The notes below the pieces were generated by a model that made no database searches, was not told where the DNA came from, and saw only the letters and a list, made by a program, of their open reading frames with translations. From an uncultured delta proteobacterium (GTDB lineage Bacteria; Desulfobacterota; Binatia; Binatales; Binataceae): a stretch of DNA of 64,000 nucleotides. Position numbers and translations under genes: made by a program. Positions 1 through 9,455 of the stretch are shown in pieces (within the stretch, counting starts at the first letter, position 1; the number at the start of each line of letters is the position of its first letter). The stretch spans positions 832,001 through 896,000 of the forward strand of contig CAWEEQ010000004.1 of assembly GCA_963808235.1 (NCBI GenBank). Reading direction: 5' to 3'.

Positions 1-548
1 GCGGCTATGGACCCGTGACTGTCGCGATGACCAGTCTCGTCGCGATCGCGGCTGCCGTGGTCCAGGCCCGATTCTTCACCGTCGCGGCGCATGACGTACG
101 GATCTACCTGGCCGTATGGATCTCGACCGCCGCGATCGCGACCGGCCTTATTGGGTTCGAAATGGTGACTCGGTCGCGAACGATCCATTCGGGTCTCGCC
201 CAGGAGATGATCTTTCACGCCGTTGAGCAGCTCGTTCCATCGCTAATGGCCGGGGTCCTGATAATGGCCGTGCTAATCAGGGTCGCTCCTGAAGCCGTCT
301 GGATGCTTCCCGGCCTGTGGCAGATCATCTTCAGCCTTGGCGTATTCGCCTCAGCGCGATTTCTGCCGCGAGCGGTGTTCGCGGTCGCGGCCTGGTATCT
401 TGTCGCCGGCCTTGTTTGCCTCTCATGGGCTGCGGCCGAGCGCACGCTGTCGCCGTGGATGATGGGAATTCCATTCGGCGTCGGCCAGTTGCTGGCCGCG
501 TCGATTCTGCAATGGAGTGAAACAGGTATCGATGGCTCAACCGAGTAA
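1..548 (+). CDS. Multi-pass membrane protein, 5'-truncated by the window edge
   Basis: Frame is open from base 3 (GYGPVTVAMT...); about 6 hydrophobic segments; overlaps the start of the downstream regulator. Confidence 0.8.
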   Translation, partial: GYGPVTVAMTSLVAIAAAVVQARFFTVAAHDVRIYLAVWISTAAIATGLIGFEMVTRSRTIHSGLAQEMIFHAVEQLVPSLMAGVLIMAVLIRVAPEAVWMLPGLWQIIFSLGVFASARFLPRAVFAVAAWYLVAGLVCLSWAAAERTLSPWMMGIPFGVGQLLAASILQWSETGIDGSTE

Positions 549-918
549 AGACAAGCCGCGCGCGGGCCGCTTTTCATACGAAGGTCTCGACCGCGTGATC
601 CACGAGCGGGCCCGGCTCAGCATTCTGACGTCTCTAATCGCCAACAAGCACGGTCTTTTGTTTGCCGATTTGAAGCGGCTCTGCGCGCTCAGCGACGGTA
701 ACCTGAGCCGCCATCTTCAGGTTCTTCAGGAGGCGAAATTGATCGCGGTATCCAAGGGCTTTGAAAAGAATCGGCCGCAGACGGCATGCCGGATCACCGC
801 GCTGGGACGCGCACGCTACCTCGAATACCTCGAAGTTCTCGAGCAAGTGGTGCGCGATGCGGCGGCGGGGTTGAACGAACAGCCGCGTGGCGTAGCGGAG
901 CGCCTAGCGCCGACCTGA
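532..918 (+). CDS. Winged-helix transcriptional regulator (ArsR/MarR-like, HTH_34 type)
   Basis: [17 protein letters not shown]...FADLK...[19 protein letters not shown]...T..GRARY; ATG at 532. Confidence 0.9.
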   Translation: MAQPSKDKPRAGRFSYEGLDRVIHERARLSILTSLIANKHGLLFADLKRLCALSDGNLSRHLQVLQEAKLIAVSKGFEKNRPQTACRITALGRARYLEYLEVLEQVVRDAAAGLNEQPRGVAERLAPT

Positions 919-934
919 GATTTTTTTAATTGGT

Positions 935-968
935 TACTCTACGATGCCAAGTACTCTACAATGCAATG
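935..968. promoter_or_regulatory. Tandem 17-bp operator-like repeat overlapping the uppS start
   Basis: TACTCTACGATGCCAAG (935-951) followed by TACTCTACAATGCAATG (952-968), directly after an HTH regulator gene. Confidence 0.5.
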
Positions 969-1705
969 CTAACCTTCACGTCGCAATTATCATGGATGGC
1001 AACGGACGCTGGGCCACCAGCCGCCGTCTGCCGCGCTCCGCTGGCCATCGCGCAGGCATCCAGGCGGTGCGCGCAGCGGTCGAGGCGGCGTTCGACTTCG
1101 GTATCAAAACGCTCACCCTGTTCGCCTTTTCCTCCGACAACTGGCTGCGACCTCGGGACGAGGTCAAGTCGCTGATGTGGATGCTTCGCGGCTACCTCCG
1201 CAGCGACACGCGCCGCTTCATCGAGAGTGGCTCGCGCGTGGTCGTGATCGGCCGCCGCGACCGCTTGCCGGCGTCCATCCGCGCGGAGATCCGTCGAATC
1301 GAACGCGCGACTGCGCACGGCCGACGCCTTACGGTGCGAGTCGCAATCGACTACTCCTCGCGGGATTCCATACTGCGGGCCGCATCGAGGCTGCCCGCGG
1401 GGCGACTCTGGTCGCGCGAGGATTTCGCGCGCTTCCTGGTCGAGCCGCCTGCAATCGCCGATACCCGTCCGCCGCTCGATAGCGAGGTTGACCTGCTTAT
1501 CCGAACCGGTGGCGAGCAGCGGCTTTCCGATTTCATGCTGTGGGAATCGGCGTACGCGGAACTGCTTTTCAGCGATCTGATGTGGCCCGAGTTCGGAGCC
1601 AACGAGCTCAAGTCGGCGGTTGAAGAGTTTCATCGCCGCGAGCGGCGCTTCGGAACCCTCATAATTTCCAAACCCAACGCGGCCTTCGCGCCAGGAGAAT
1701 CATGA
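944..1705 (+). CDS. uppS: cis-prenyltransferase (undecaprenyl/decaprenyl diphosphate synthase family)
   Basis: [61 protein letters not shown]. Confidence 0.95.
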   Translation: MPSTLQCNANLHVAIIMDGNGRWATSRRLPRSAGHRAGIQAVRAAVEAAFDFGIKTLTLFAFSSDNWLRPRDEVKSLMWMLRGYLRSDTRRFIESGSRVVVIGRRDRLPASIRAEIRRIERATAHGRRLTVRVAIDYSSRDSILRAASRLPAGRLWSREDFARFLVEPPAIADTRPPLDSEVDLLIRTGGEQRLSDFMLWESAYAELLFSDLMWPEFGANELKSAVEEFHRRERRFGTLIISKPNAAFAPGES

Positions 1706-2517
1706 ATCGATCAACGCAGGATTGGGTGGATCACTTTCGCTGGAACGGTTCGGTTGCGATGCGCATCCCATGGCATATCGGTCCCGATTTGAGCGATGAG
1801 GAACGGGCTGCGATCTCTCATTCAATCCAGATGTTCCAGCTCGGAGAGAACTCGGAGGGTCGGCATCTGATGCGCTACGCGAAAGAGTGGGCCGCCCGCA
1901 CCGGCGACATCGCCTACCCGGAGGCGATCAGGATGCTGATCGTCGAAGAACAGCGCCACGCCGGTGTGCTGGGCCGCTTCATGGAGGTCAATGGAATTGC
2001 GCGCGTCAAAGGCGGCTGCACCGACGGAGTTTTCCGACGGGTGCGAAATATGTTCGGCACGCTGGAGATCTCGATCAGTGTCCTGGTGACGGCCGAGATC
2101 ATCGCGAAGATTTACTATCCGGCATTGAGCGAGGCGACCGCGTCGATCGTCCTGCGCGAAATTTGCAAGCAGATTTATCGTGAGGAAATTGCGCACGTGG
2201 AGTTCCAAACCGAGCAACTGGCGCGCATCCGGGCCGGGCGGAATGCGTCGGGCATGTGGGCGACCCGCTTTTTTCACCGCGCGCTCTTCTATCCGACCGT
2301 CATCGTAGTCGGCGCGTCTCATCAGATGACGTTGCGCCGCGGCGGTTTATCGCTGCGGCAGTTCTTCTCGCGATGCCACCGGCAATTCGTGCGCGACCTT
2401 GCCGCGATGGAACCGGACCGGAACTCGCGCCGGAGCGAAGGGCGCGCTATCGAGACCCGAGGAAAAGTGCCTATCGAGGATCTTCCGTCAACTGCGATTC
2501 ACAACATTCAGTCATAA
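1702..2517 (+). CDS. Ferritin-like diiron-carboxylate protein
   Basis: Ligand pattern QLGE / EEQRH / TAE / EEIAH; ATGA overlap with the uppS stop. Confidence 0.8.
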   Translation: MNRSTQDWVDHFRWNGSVAMRIPWHIGPDLSDEERAAISHSIQMFQLGENSEGRHLMRYAKEWAARTGDIAYPEAIRMLIVEEQRHAGVLGRFMEVNGIARVKGGCTDGVFRRVRNMFGTLEISISVLVTAEIIAKIYYPALSEATASIVLREICKQIYREEIAHVEFQTEQLARIRAGRNASGMWATRFFHRALFYPTVIVVGASHQMTLRRGGLSLRQFFSRCHRQFVRDLAAMEPDRNSRRSEGRAIETRGKVPIEDLPSTAIHNIQS

Positions 2518-2935
2518 TTCTATGACATATAGTTAGCACCAATCCGCGCCACCGAGTCGTAAGGATCCTCGCGATCGATCACCCCAATAGCTGGATTCGC
2601 GAACATCAGCGCGTCCTCGCGGGTATCGCCGGCAGGGCGCTGAAGCCCTGAGCCATGGCGACGCGCTCCGTCGTACCATTAGCTACGCCGCGTTTCGATT
2701 GCTCGATAGAAAGCCCGATCGCCAATCCAGTCAATATCGTTGAGTGTCAACGCGGCGACACTTTCTAGCTTTTCTTAATTTTTAGGTACAGGATTAATTG
2801 AAATCCACCCTTCCCCTTGTGTACCTACTTCACCCAAGACATTTCGAGAATTCGACTGCGGATTGTGTCCTTAGCGCGTTGACCTGTTGACCGGTGCCGG
2901 CGTGTGTAGGGCGAGAGCTGGGGAGTAGCTCTGGT

Positions 2936-4357
2936 ATGGCAGATCGGTCGCGATGGCAGATTCCGGTTACAACGGTACCCGCAATCGTACTTGTGTTGCT
3001 TGGTTACGATGGCTTGAACTCGCTCATTGGGGGAGCGCAGGCGATCGTTCCAACGCTGACTTACGTTTCAACATCGAATGGCGCGACCTTTTTCGTATCT
3101 CTTGATGGCAGAGATTCGGGGGCGGGTAGCTCGGGTTCTCCGTGGCGGACGATTCAAAAAGCGGCCGACACGTTGCAGCCCGGGCAGACCGCGATAGTAG
3201 CGGCCGGCAACTACGGCGAGCGGGTGGAGATTTCGCATTCGGGGACGCGGACGGCTCGGATCACATTACGAGCCGCGAGCGGTGCGGACGTTCAGCTCCT
3301 GGGCTTCGATCTTACCGGAAGCAACTGGGTGCTGAGCGGGTTTGATATCTCCACCCGCAGGAACGGGCGCCAGGGCTATGGGATCCACGTGTCCGGTTCG
3401 GCCTCGCACGACATTATTCAGAACAACTACATCCATGAACTTTGCCGCGAGGGGATTTTCATGGAGTCGGGAGTCTCGTACATTTCGGTTCTCAACAACC
3501 GCATCTGGCGGGCCGAGATGGCGGGTGCGCAGGTCGACGGCACCGACGACCTGATCGAAGGCAACGAAGTCTGGGGAACTCAGCAGGAGCCGGTCCGGGC
3601 CGGTGGAATCTATTCGGGATGCGTAACGCCCGACGGCGCCGACGCGGACGCGTTCCGCTTCTTCGGGCAGCATAACGTGTTCCGATCCAACTACGCGCAC
3701 GACGTCTACACCGCGTTGCCGACCAACCCCGATCCGCATACCGACTGCTTTCAGACCTGGGGCAGCACCGCGATGAAGGTGGACGACATCCTCATCGAGC
3801 GAAACGTCTGCCGCTGGCCGGTCGCGTCGACCAAGGTGGACGCGTCGACCGCGATGATCGAGGGAATCGACGGGCCGGTGGGAACAGTGACCTTCCAGAA
3901 CAACCAACTGTCGAATATGCGGCAGGGGATTGTCGTCGGGAATAAGGTCGAGGCGCTGAAGATCTACAACAACACCTGGGACCACATCGTGGAAGAAGCG
4001 CTGATCTTCAACGACACGAGATCTCCTGCCGACGAGATCATCAACAATATTTTCTATGACGTCGGCGCTGGCGGCGATGCTTACGCGTCGGTTCCGAGCG
4101 GCAGCCCGCTCTTCCGGAGCAACGTCTTCTACATGCCGGGCGGTGCCAGCGTTGGCACTTATCCGAGCGTGGAGCCCTATACAAGCGTCGATCCGAGGTT
4201 CGCCAACCCCGGCGACTCGACCGGTGCCGGCGCCGATCTGCATCTCCAGGAAAGCTCGCCGCTCAAGCGCTCCGGGGTAACGCTTCCCCAGGTTACCGAT
4301 GACTACTACGGAACCAGCCGCGCCGGTGCGGCGTACTCAGTGGGTGCCGCGCGATGA
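2936..4357 (+). CDS. Secreted right-handed parallel beta-helix protein (DUF1565 / pectin-lyase-like)
   Basis: FFVS..G.D...GS.GSPWRTIQKAA...GNY.E start motif, then repeated I.NN.I / F.NN coils; hydrophobic N-terminus; start 2936 (ATG) or 2894 (GTG). Confidence 0.85.
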   Translation: MADRSRWQIPVTTVPAIVLVLLGYDGLNSLIGGAQAIVPTLTYVSTSNGATFFVSLDGRDSGAGSSGSPWRTIQKAADTLQPGQTAIVAAGNYGERVEISHSGTRTARITLRAASGADVQLLGFDLTGSNWVLSGFDISTRRNGRQGYGIHVSGSASHDIIQNNYIHELCREGIFMESGVSYISVLNNRIWRAEMAGAQVDGTDDLIEGNEVWGTQQEPVRAGGIYSGCVTPDGADADAFRFFGQHNVFRSNYAHDVYTALPTNPDPHTDCFQTWGSTAMKVDDILIERNVCRWPVASTKVDASTAMIEGIDGPVGTVTFQNNQLSNMRQGIVVGNKVEALKIYNNTWDHIVEEALIFNDTRSPADEIINNIFYDVGAGGDAYASVPSGSPLFRSNVFYMPGGASVGTYPSVEPYTSVDPRFANPGDSTGAGADLHLQESSPLKRSGVTLPQVTDDYYGTSRAGAAYSVGAAR

Positions 4358-4586
4358 TTGTCACTATGGGGACACCGTCGCGCGCAGTCGGCCGTGGACG
4401 GGCAGACCGGTTGCGCGATCCCTCATGTGTCAGGGGCGTAGCCTCTCTGCGACAGTTTGTTGCACCTTCCGCAAACAAGGAACCAGTTGTCTTAGTGAGT
4501 TGTAGCGAATCACTACAACGCGCAACGGCACATTTCGTGCTCCGCAGACTTGTTGGATTCTCGCGTCGCTTTAGGTTGATCGGGTT

Positions 4587-4666
4587 CGCATCGGAGCGTT
4601 GCTGTCGCTCCGGTGCGGACCAATTCAAAGCTCCAGCCGGAGCGTTGCTGTCGTTCCGGCGCGGAC
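4587..4666. repeat. Two direct-repeat hairpins with identical TTGCTGT loops
   Basis: CGGAGCG-TTGCTGT-CGCTCCG-GTGCGGAC (4592-4620) and CGGAGCG-TTGCTGT-CGTTCCG-GCGCGGAC (4638-4666). Confidence 0.75.
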
Positions 4667-4798
4667 GGAAACAAACGGAGCGCGCCGGCAAATGCCCCGC
4701 GCTCAGGGGAAAAGGAGTGCGACACTGATGTATCGGTAACTTGCGATGGAGTGCTGTCCATCGCAGGTACCGATCCCACATTGCACCAAAGCGTTTTT

Positions 4799-4855
4799 AA
4801 GTCAGGCGCCACGTGTTGCCTTTAGTGATCGTGGCGTCGGGCTTGGGGGAGAAAA
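4799..4855 (+). promoter_or_regulatory. Conserved 5' leader hairpin plus RBS, copy 1
   Basis: AAGTC-A-GGCGCCACG...CGTGGCGTC-G-GGCTT then GGGGGAG; paralogous to 7108-7165 with pairing-preserving changes. Confidence 0.6.
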
Positions 4856-6943
4856 ATGGCAACAGAAAAGGCCTTGGGCCTGCGCAGGCTAATCCTTGTC
4901 GCGGCGATCGGATTTCTTCTGATCCTGCTCGGTCACAGCCGGGCATACGCTGCGAGTCCCATCCACATTAACAAACCGGCACCCGACTCGGTCGTCTCCG
5001 ACTTGGTGACCACGCTGGTTCGGGTCAAGCCGAAGGTCGCCAAGATAGTTTTCATGCTCGATGGCAACCCGCTGTCGACCACTACCTCAACCAGCTTCAC
5101 CTGGAATTCGGCGACGGTTGCGAACGGGATGCATACCATCGCCGCCAGCGCCTACTCTTCATCCAACCAGTTGCTGAAGACGGTCACCGAGCAAATCAGA
5201 GTTGCGAACAAAAAACCTCCTCCGCCGACTCGTACTCCGACGCCAACCTCCACGCCGACGGCCACCCCGGTGCTTTCGTTCGTGTCTCCGACCAGCGGGC
5301 AGACGCTCAGCGGATCGATAAGCGTCGCGCTGTCATTCTCGAGCCCACCATCGCAAACCAACCCTGGCGCGGTTTGGTGGACCGAATTGTCCGTCGACGG
5401 TGCACCGGTGGTTTCCGGATACAACAATTTGCCCTGGGACACGACCACGGTCGGCAACGGATCGCATACCTTGCGCGTGGATGGTTACGCGTACAACGGG
5501 ACAACTTCGATCGGCAATGCGACCATCAACGTGACGGTCAACAACTCGGGCGTAACCGCAACTCCGACGGCTTCATCGACGCCCACGATCGGCCCGACGC
5601 CGACCGTGACCGCTACACACACGGGCACCCCAACCACCGCTCCGACGCCGACTGCGACACGAACGGCGACTCCGACTCTCGGCGCGACACCGACTGCGAC
5701 GTCCACCCTGCACGCGACCCCGACTGCGACGTCAACGCCGGGCGGATGCGTCAGCATCACGGCACCGGCTCCCAGCGCGACCGTCAATGGCATCGTGGCC
5801 ATCAACACTAACGACACTTGCTCAGGCGCCTGGTTTGAATCGCTCTACGTCGACGGCGCGCATGTTTCCGACTTTCCGGTCGGACAGATCATGTTCACGA
5901 GCACTAGCTACGCCAACGGGATGCACACCATCCAGGTGACCAGCCAGAGCACCAATCCGGGTTCGGTCCAGCTTGGCAGCGCGTCCGAAGCGTTGAACGT
6001 GCAGGCGGGTTCGGCGACCAAGACAGCCACCGCGACGCCTACCACGAAGCCGAGCGCGACGCCGACGCCGGGAGGGGGCCATTACTCAATGATGGGACCC
6101 GGAGCGTCTCTGCCGAGCGAAGCGGCTTGCGTCAGCGCGGTGAACGCGTCGCCTATTCCGGAGAACGCGCCGTGGAACCAGGACGACGGCACCGGCTTTA
6201 ACTCGAATCTGCCTCCATCCGGCGGTGTGCCGGCGTACTTCTACGCCAACGCGCCGTGCTGCAACGAATTGCCGCATGCGGATTTTGCCAACGTCGACGG
6301 AAACTATTCGGGCTCCACAGATGACCTCATCCGAATCACCGCCTGCAAGTGGGGTATCGACGAAGACTACGTGCGCTCGCAGGCGTGGATCGAATCCGAT
6401 TGGCATCAGGACTGCTCCGCGGCGCATGGCGGCTCCGACTGTCAGGAAGGCGGCGATATGGACAGCCCGAGCGGCGATCCGTCAGGCCTGGCGGTCACTT
6501 CGATATCGCCGGGAGGCGTATTCAGCGCCTTCAACGGATTTGGAAATCCCGGCGGCCCAACCGATCACTGGGATTCGTGGAGCATCGTTCAGACCAAGGT
6601 GTACTACGAGTGGATGACGTGGCCGATGATGGAGGAGTCCACGCCTTTCGGGCTCGATTTTCGCTACGCGGAGATGCGCGGTTGCGTCAACGGCGATCAA
6701 TATAGCTACTACAATAGCCAGTCATCCGCGCAGGGCACTGACTATCAGAATGCCGTCAATGCCGCCCGCAACAATCCGAACGGAGCATCGGCAGTCACAG
6801 GCTGGACCAACCTTCAGTACCTTTCGTACGGATGCATCGACACCCACTTTTCCGGCGACTGGTTCAACGGCACAGCCGACAGCTATCTGAACGAGTTCCT
6901 GAACAGGTTGGCAACCGCACCGTGGCCGGGCGGTCTGCAGTAG
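4856..6943 (+). CDS. Secreted modular protein: three Ig-like domains, Pro/Thr linkers and a C-terminal lysozyme/transglycosylase-like domain
   Basis: Signal peptide ending AYA; W.....V.NG.HT..A.AY Ig motifs; ACKWGIDEDYVRSQAWIESDWHQ resembles the SLT helix ending in catalytic ES. Confidence 0.8.
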   Translation: MATEKALGLRRLILVAAIGFLLILLGHSRAYAASPIHINKPAPDSVVSDLVTTLVRVKPKVAKIVFMLDGNPLSTTTSTSFTWNSATVANGMHTIAASAYSSSNQLLKTVTEQIRVANKKPPPPTRTPTPTSTPTATPVLSFVSPTSGQTLSGSISVALSFSSPPSQTNPGAVWWTELSVDGAPVVSGYNNLPWDTTTVGNGSHTLRVDGYAYNGTTSIGNATINVTVNNSGVTATPTASSTPTIGPTPTVTATHTGTPTTAPTPTATRTATPTLGATPTATSTLHATPTATSTPGGCVSITAPAPSATVNGIVAINTNDTCSGAWFESLYVDGAHVSDFPVGQIMFTSTSYANGMHTIQVTSQSTNPGSVQLGSASEALNVQAGSATKTATATPTTKPSATPTPGGGHYSMMGPGASLPSEAACVSAVNASPIPENAPWNQDDGTGFNSNLPPSGGVPAYFYANAPCCNELPHADFANVDGNYSGSTDDLIRITACKWGIDEDYVRSQAWIESDWHQDCSAAHGGSDCQEGGDMDSPSGDPSGLAVTSISPGGVFSAFNGFGNPGGPTDHWDSWSIVQTKVYYEWMTWPMMEESTPFGLDFRYAEMRGCVNGDQYSYYNSQSSAQGTDYQNAVNAARNNPNGASAVTGWTNLQYLSYGCIDTHFSGDWFNGTADSYLNEFLNRLATAPWPGGLQ

Positions 6944-7020
6944 TCGGCGAAAACGAAACAGTTGGGGGCGACTGGATACTCAGTCAGCGCCCCCAACAAA
7001 TGTCACTGTGGAGACATTTA

Positions 7021-7048
7021 GATAGTCAATAACGATAGTCAGAACCAG
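7021..7048. repeat. 28-bp intergenic element (ATAGTCA-N6-ATAGTCA), copy 1
   Basis: GATAGTCAATAACGATAGTCAGAACCAG, nearly identical to 9427-9454. Confidence 0.65.
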
Positions 7049-7107
7049 GCTGGAACGAGGTCCGATAGTAGGCGCTGGCTGTAGATTGCCGGGGAATTGG
7101 GTTTTTT

Positions 7108-7165
7108 AAGCCAGGCACCGCGTGTTGCCTTTAGTGGTCGTGGTGCCGGGCTTGGGGGAGAAAAA
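7108..7165 (+). promoter_or_regulatory. Conserved 5' leader hairpin plus RBS, copy 2
   Basis: AAGCC-A-GGCACCGCG...CGTGGTGCC-G-GGCTT then GGGGGAG. Confidence 0.6.
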
Positions 7166-9406
7166 ATGGCAACGGAAAAGGCCTTGGGCCTGCGCGGGCT
7201 GCCGCTTGTCGCGACGGTCGGACTGTTTCTTATGCTGCTCGGTCACGGCCAGGCTTACGCGGCGGGTCCCATCCACATTAATGCGCCGGCCCCGGACGCG
7301 GTCGTCTCCGACATGGTGACGACATTGGTTCGGATCAAGCCGCAGGTCGCTCGGGTAGTTTTCCTGCTTGACGGCAACCTGTTGGCGTCGACTTCGTCCA
7401 CCAGCTACACGTGGGATTCGGCGACGGTTGCGAACGGTATGCATACCATCGCGGCCAGCGCCTATACTTCATCCAATCAGTTGCTGCGCACTGTCTCCGA
7501 GCGAATCAGGATTGCGAACAAGCATAAACCGACTCCAACCCCCACTCCGACCACCACGCCGACTGTTACTGCCACTGCCACGACCAACCCCACACCGACC
7601 GCGACTGCCACCTCGACACGGACGAGGACTCCAACTGTCACCGCGACGACGACCGCGAGTGCCACTGCGACACGAACGGCGACTGCGACTGGGACACGAA
7701 CGGCGAGCCCGACCCCGACTGCGACGTCAACGCCGGGCGGATGCGTCAGCATCACGGCACCGGCTCCCAGCGCGACCGTCAATGGCATCGTGGCCATCAA
7801 CACCAACGACACTTGCTCAAGCGCCTGGTTTGAATCGCTCTACGTCGACGGTGCGCATGTTGCCGATTTTCCGGTCGGACAGATCATGTTCACGAGTACG
7901 AACTACGCCAATGGAATGCATACCATCCAAGTGACCAGCCAGAGCACCAATCCGGGTTCGGTCCAGCTTGGCAGCGCGTCCGAAGCGTTGAACGTGCAGC
8001 CGGGCGCCACGGCCACGCCGACATCAACCGCGACGCCAACGGCGACCTCCACATCGACTTCGTCGGTCCAGCCGACCCCGACGGCCACGTCGACGCCCAA
8101 CGGCTCGACGTTCTACGTATCGCCAACCGGTAGCGACTCGGCGTCTGGCAGTTCGGGCTCACCATGGCGCACGATTCAGAAGGCAGCGGACACGCTGCTG
8201 GCGGGACAGACTGCGATCGTATCGGCAGGCAACTACGGCGAGCGCGTCTCGATCTCGCGCTCCGGCACGTCGTCCAGTCCGATCACCTTGCAGGTCGCAA
8301 GCGGTGCGGATGCCCAACTCCTCGGCTTCGATCTCACAGGCAGCAACTGGGTTCTGGACGGCTTTGACATCTCGACCCAGACCAATGGCAGCGAAGGGTA
8401 CGGGATCCACGTAGACGGTTCGGCCTCGTATGACACGATTCAGAACACCTATATCCATGAACTCTGCCACGAGGGCATTTTCATGGAGTCAGGGGTCTCG
8501 CACATCTCGGTGCTGAACAACCGCATCTGGCGGGCCGAGATGGCAGGTGTGCAGGCCGATGGCGTGTACGATCTGATCGAGGGCAACGAAGTCTGGGACA
8601 CTCAGCAGTATGCGATGAATGCGGGTGGAATTTACTCGGTGTGCACGATTGCCGGCGGCGCCGATGCGGACGCGTTCCGCTTCTTCGGCCAACATAATGA
8701 GTTCCGTTCTAACTACGCACACGACATTTACCACGATATGCCAGGCGATCCGCATCCTACCAATCCCAATCCTCACACCGATTGCTTCCAAACTTGGGGG
8801 AACTCTGCAATGACGGTGAGCGATATTCTATTTGATCGCAACCTTTGTCGCTGGCCAGGAACTAATCAATTTCAGCTTGCAAATATAAATTCTACAACGC
8901 TTGCAAACATTGGGGTTAATGAAGGCGCAGTAACTAACTTAACCTTTCAAAACAACATACTCTCCAATTCAGGACAGGGAATAGATATTGAAGGTGGCGT
9001 TGGTCCAGTAAACGCTTATAACAATACTTTTGTTCATATAGCGCAGGAAGGATTAGTTTGTAATGGCGCTCGTACATCAGCGGACCAGATCATGAACAAC
9101 ATTTTCTACGATGTTGGCGATGGTGGTGATTCGTACACTTCAGGCTGTCAGAATTCAACATTCAATAATAATGACTTCTACATGCCGGGCGGCGTCAGCG
9201 TCGGCACCTATCCGAACGTCGAGCCGTACCTGAGCCTCGATCCGTTGTTCGTCAACTTCGGCGACGCGACCGGCGGCGGCGGGGATTTCCATCTGCAGTC
9301 CGGCTCGCCGCTAAAAGGCGCCGGGACCACGGTCTCGACCGTCACCAATGACTACTACGGCACCAGCCGGGTGGGGGCAGCATACTCAGTCGGCGCCGCT
9401 CAATGA
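7166..9406 (+). CDS. Secreted modular protein: two Ig-like domains, Thr/Pro linkers and a beta-helix domain
   Basis: N-terminal half paralogous to 4856..6943 (MATEKALGLR...), C-terminal half paralogous to 2936..4357 (ends AAYSVGAAQ); ATG at 7166 after GGGAG. Confidence 0.85.
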   Translation: MATEKALGLRGLPLVATVGLFLMLLGHGQAYAAGPIHINAPAPDAVVSDMVTTLVRIKPQVARVVFLLDGNLLASTSSTSYTWDSATVANGMHTIAASAYTSSNQLLRTVSERIRIANKHKPTPTPTPTTTPTVTATATTNPTPTATATSTRTRTPTVTATTTASATATRTATATGTRTASPTPTATSTPGGCVSITAPAPSATVNGIVAINTNDTCSSAWFESLYVDGAHVADFPVGQIMFTSTNYANGMHTIQVTSQSTNPGSVQLGSASEALNVQPGATATPTSTATPTATSTSTSSVQPTPTATSTPNGSTFYVSPTGSDSASGSSGSPWRTIQKAADTLLAGQTAIVSAGNYGERVSISRSGTSSSPITLQVASGADAQLLGFDLTGSNWVLDGFDISTQTNGSEGYGIHVDGSASYDTIQNTYIHELCHEGIFMESGVSHISVLNNRIWRAEMAGVQADGVYDLIEGNEVWDTQQYAMNAGGIYSVCTIAGGADADAFRFFGQHNEFRSNYAHDIYHDMPGDPHPTNPNPHTDCFQTWGNSAMTVSDILFDRNLCRWPGTNQFQLANINSTTLANIGVNEGAVTNLTFQNNILSNSGQGIDIEGGVGPVNAYNNTFVHIAQEGLVCNGARTSADQIMNNIFYDVGDGGDSYTSGCQNSTFNNNDFYMPGGVSVGTYPNVEPYLSLDPLFVNFGDATGGGGDFHLQSGSPLKGAGTTVSTVTNDYYGTSRVGAAYSVGAAQ

Positions 9407-9426
9407 TGGGCGCGGAGGAGATCGAA

Positions 9427-9454
9427 GATAGTCAATAGCTATAGTCAGAATCAG
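9427..9454. repeat. 28-bp intergenic element, copy 2
   Basis: GATAGTCAATAGCTATAGTCAGAATCAG between convergent stop codons. Confidence 0.65.
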
Positions 9455-9455
9455 T

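Noticed and set aside
4400-4520. Possible c-di-GMP-I riboswitch (GCAAAC seen at 4471)
   Set aside because: Could not find the GNRA-capped P2 and the following GCAAAG/P3 arrangement
5715-7999. Possible diversity-generating retroelement TR/VR pair (Ig3 block)
   Set aside because: Differences are mostly synonymous third-position changes rather than adenine-specific, and no reverse transcriptase is present
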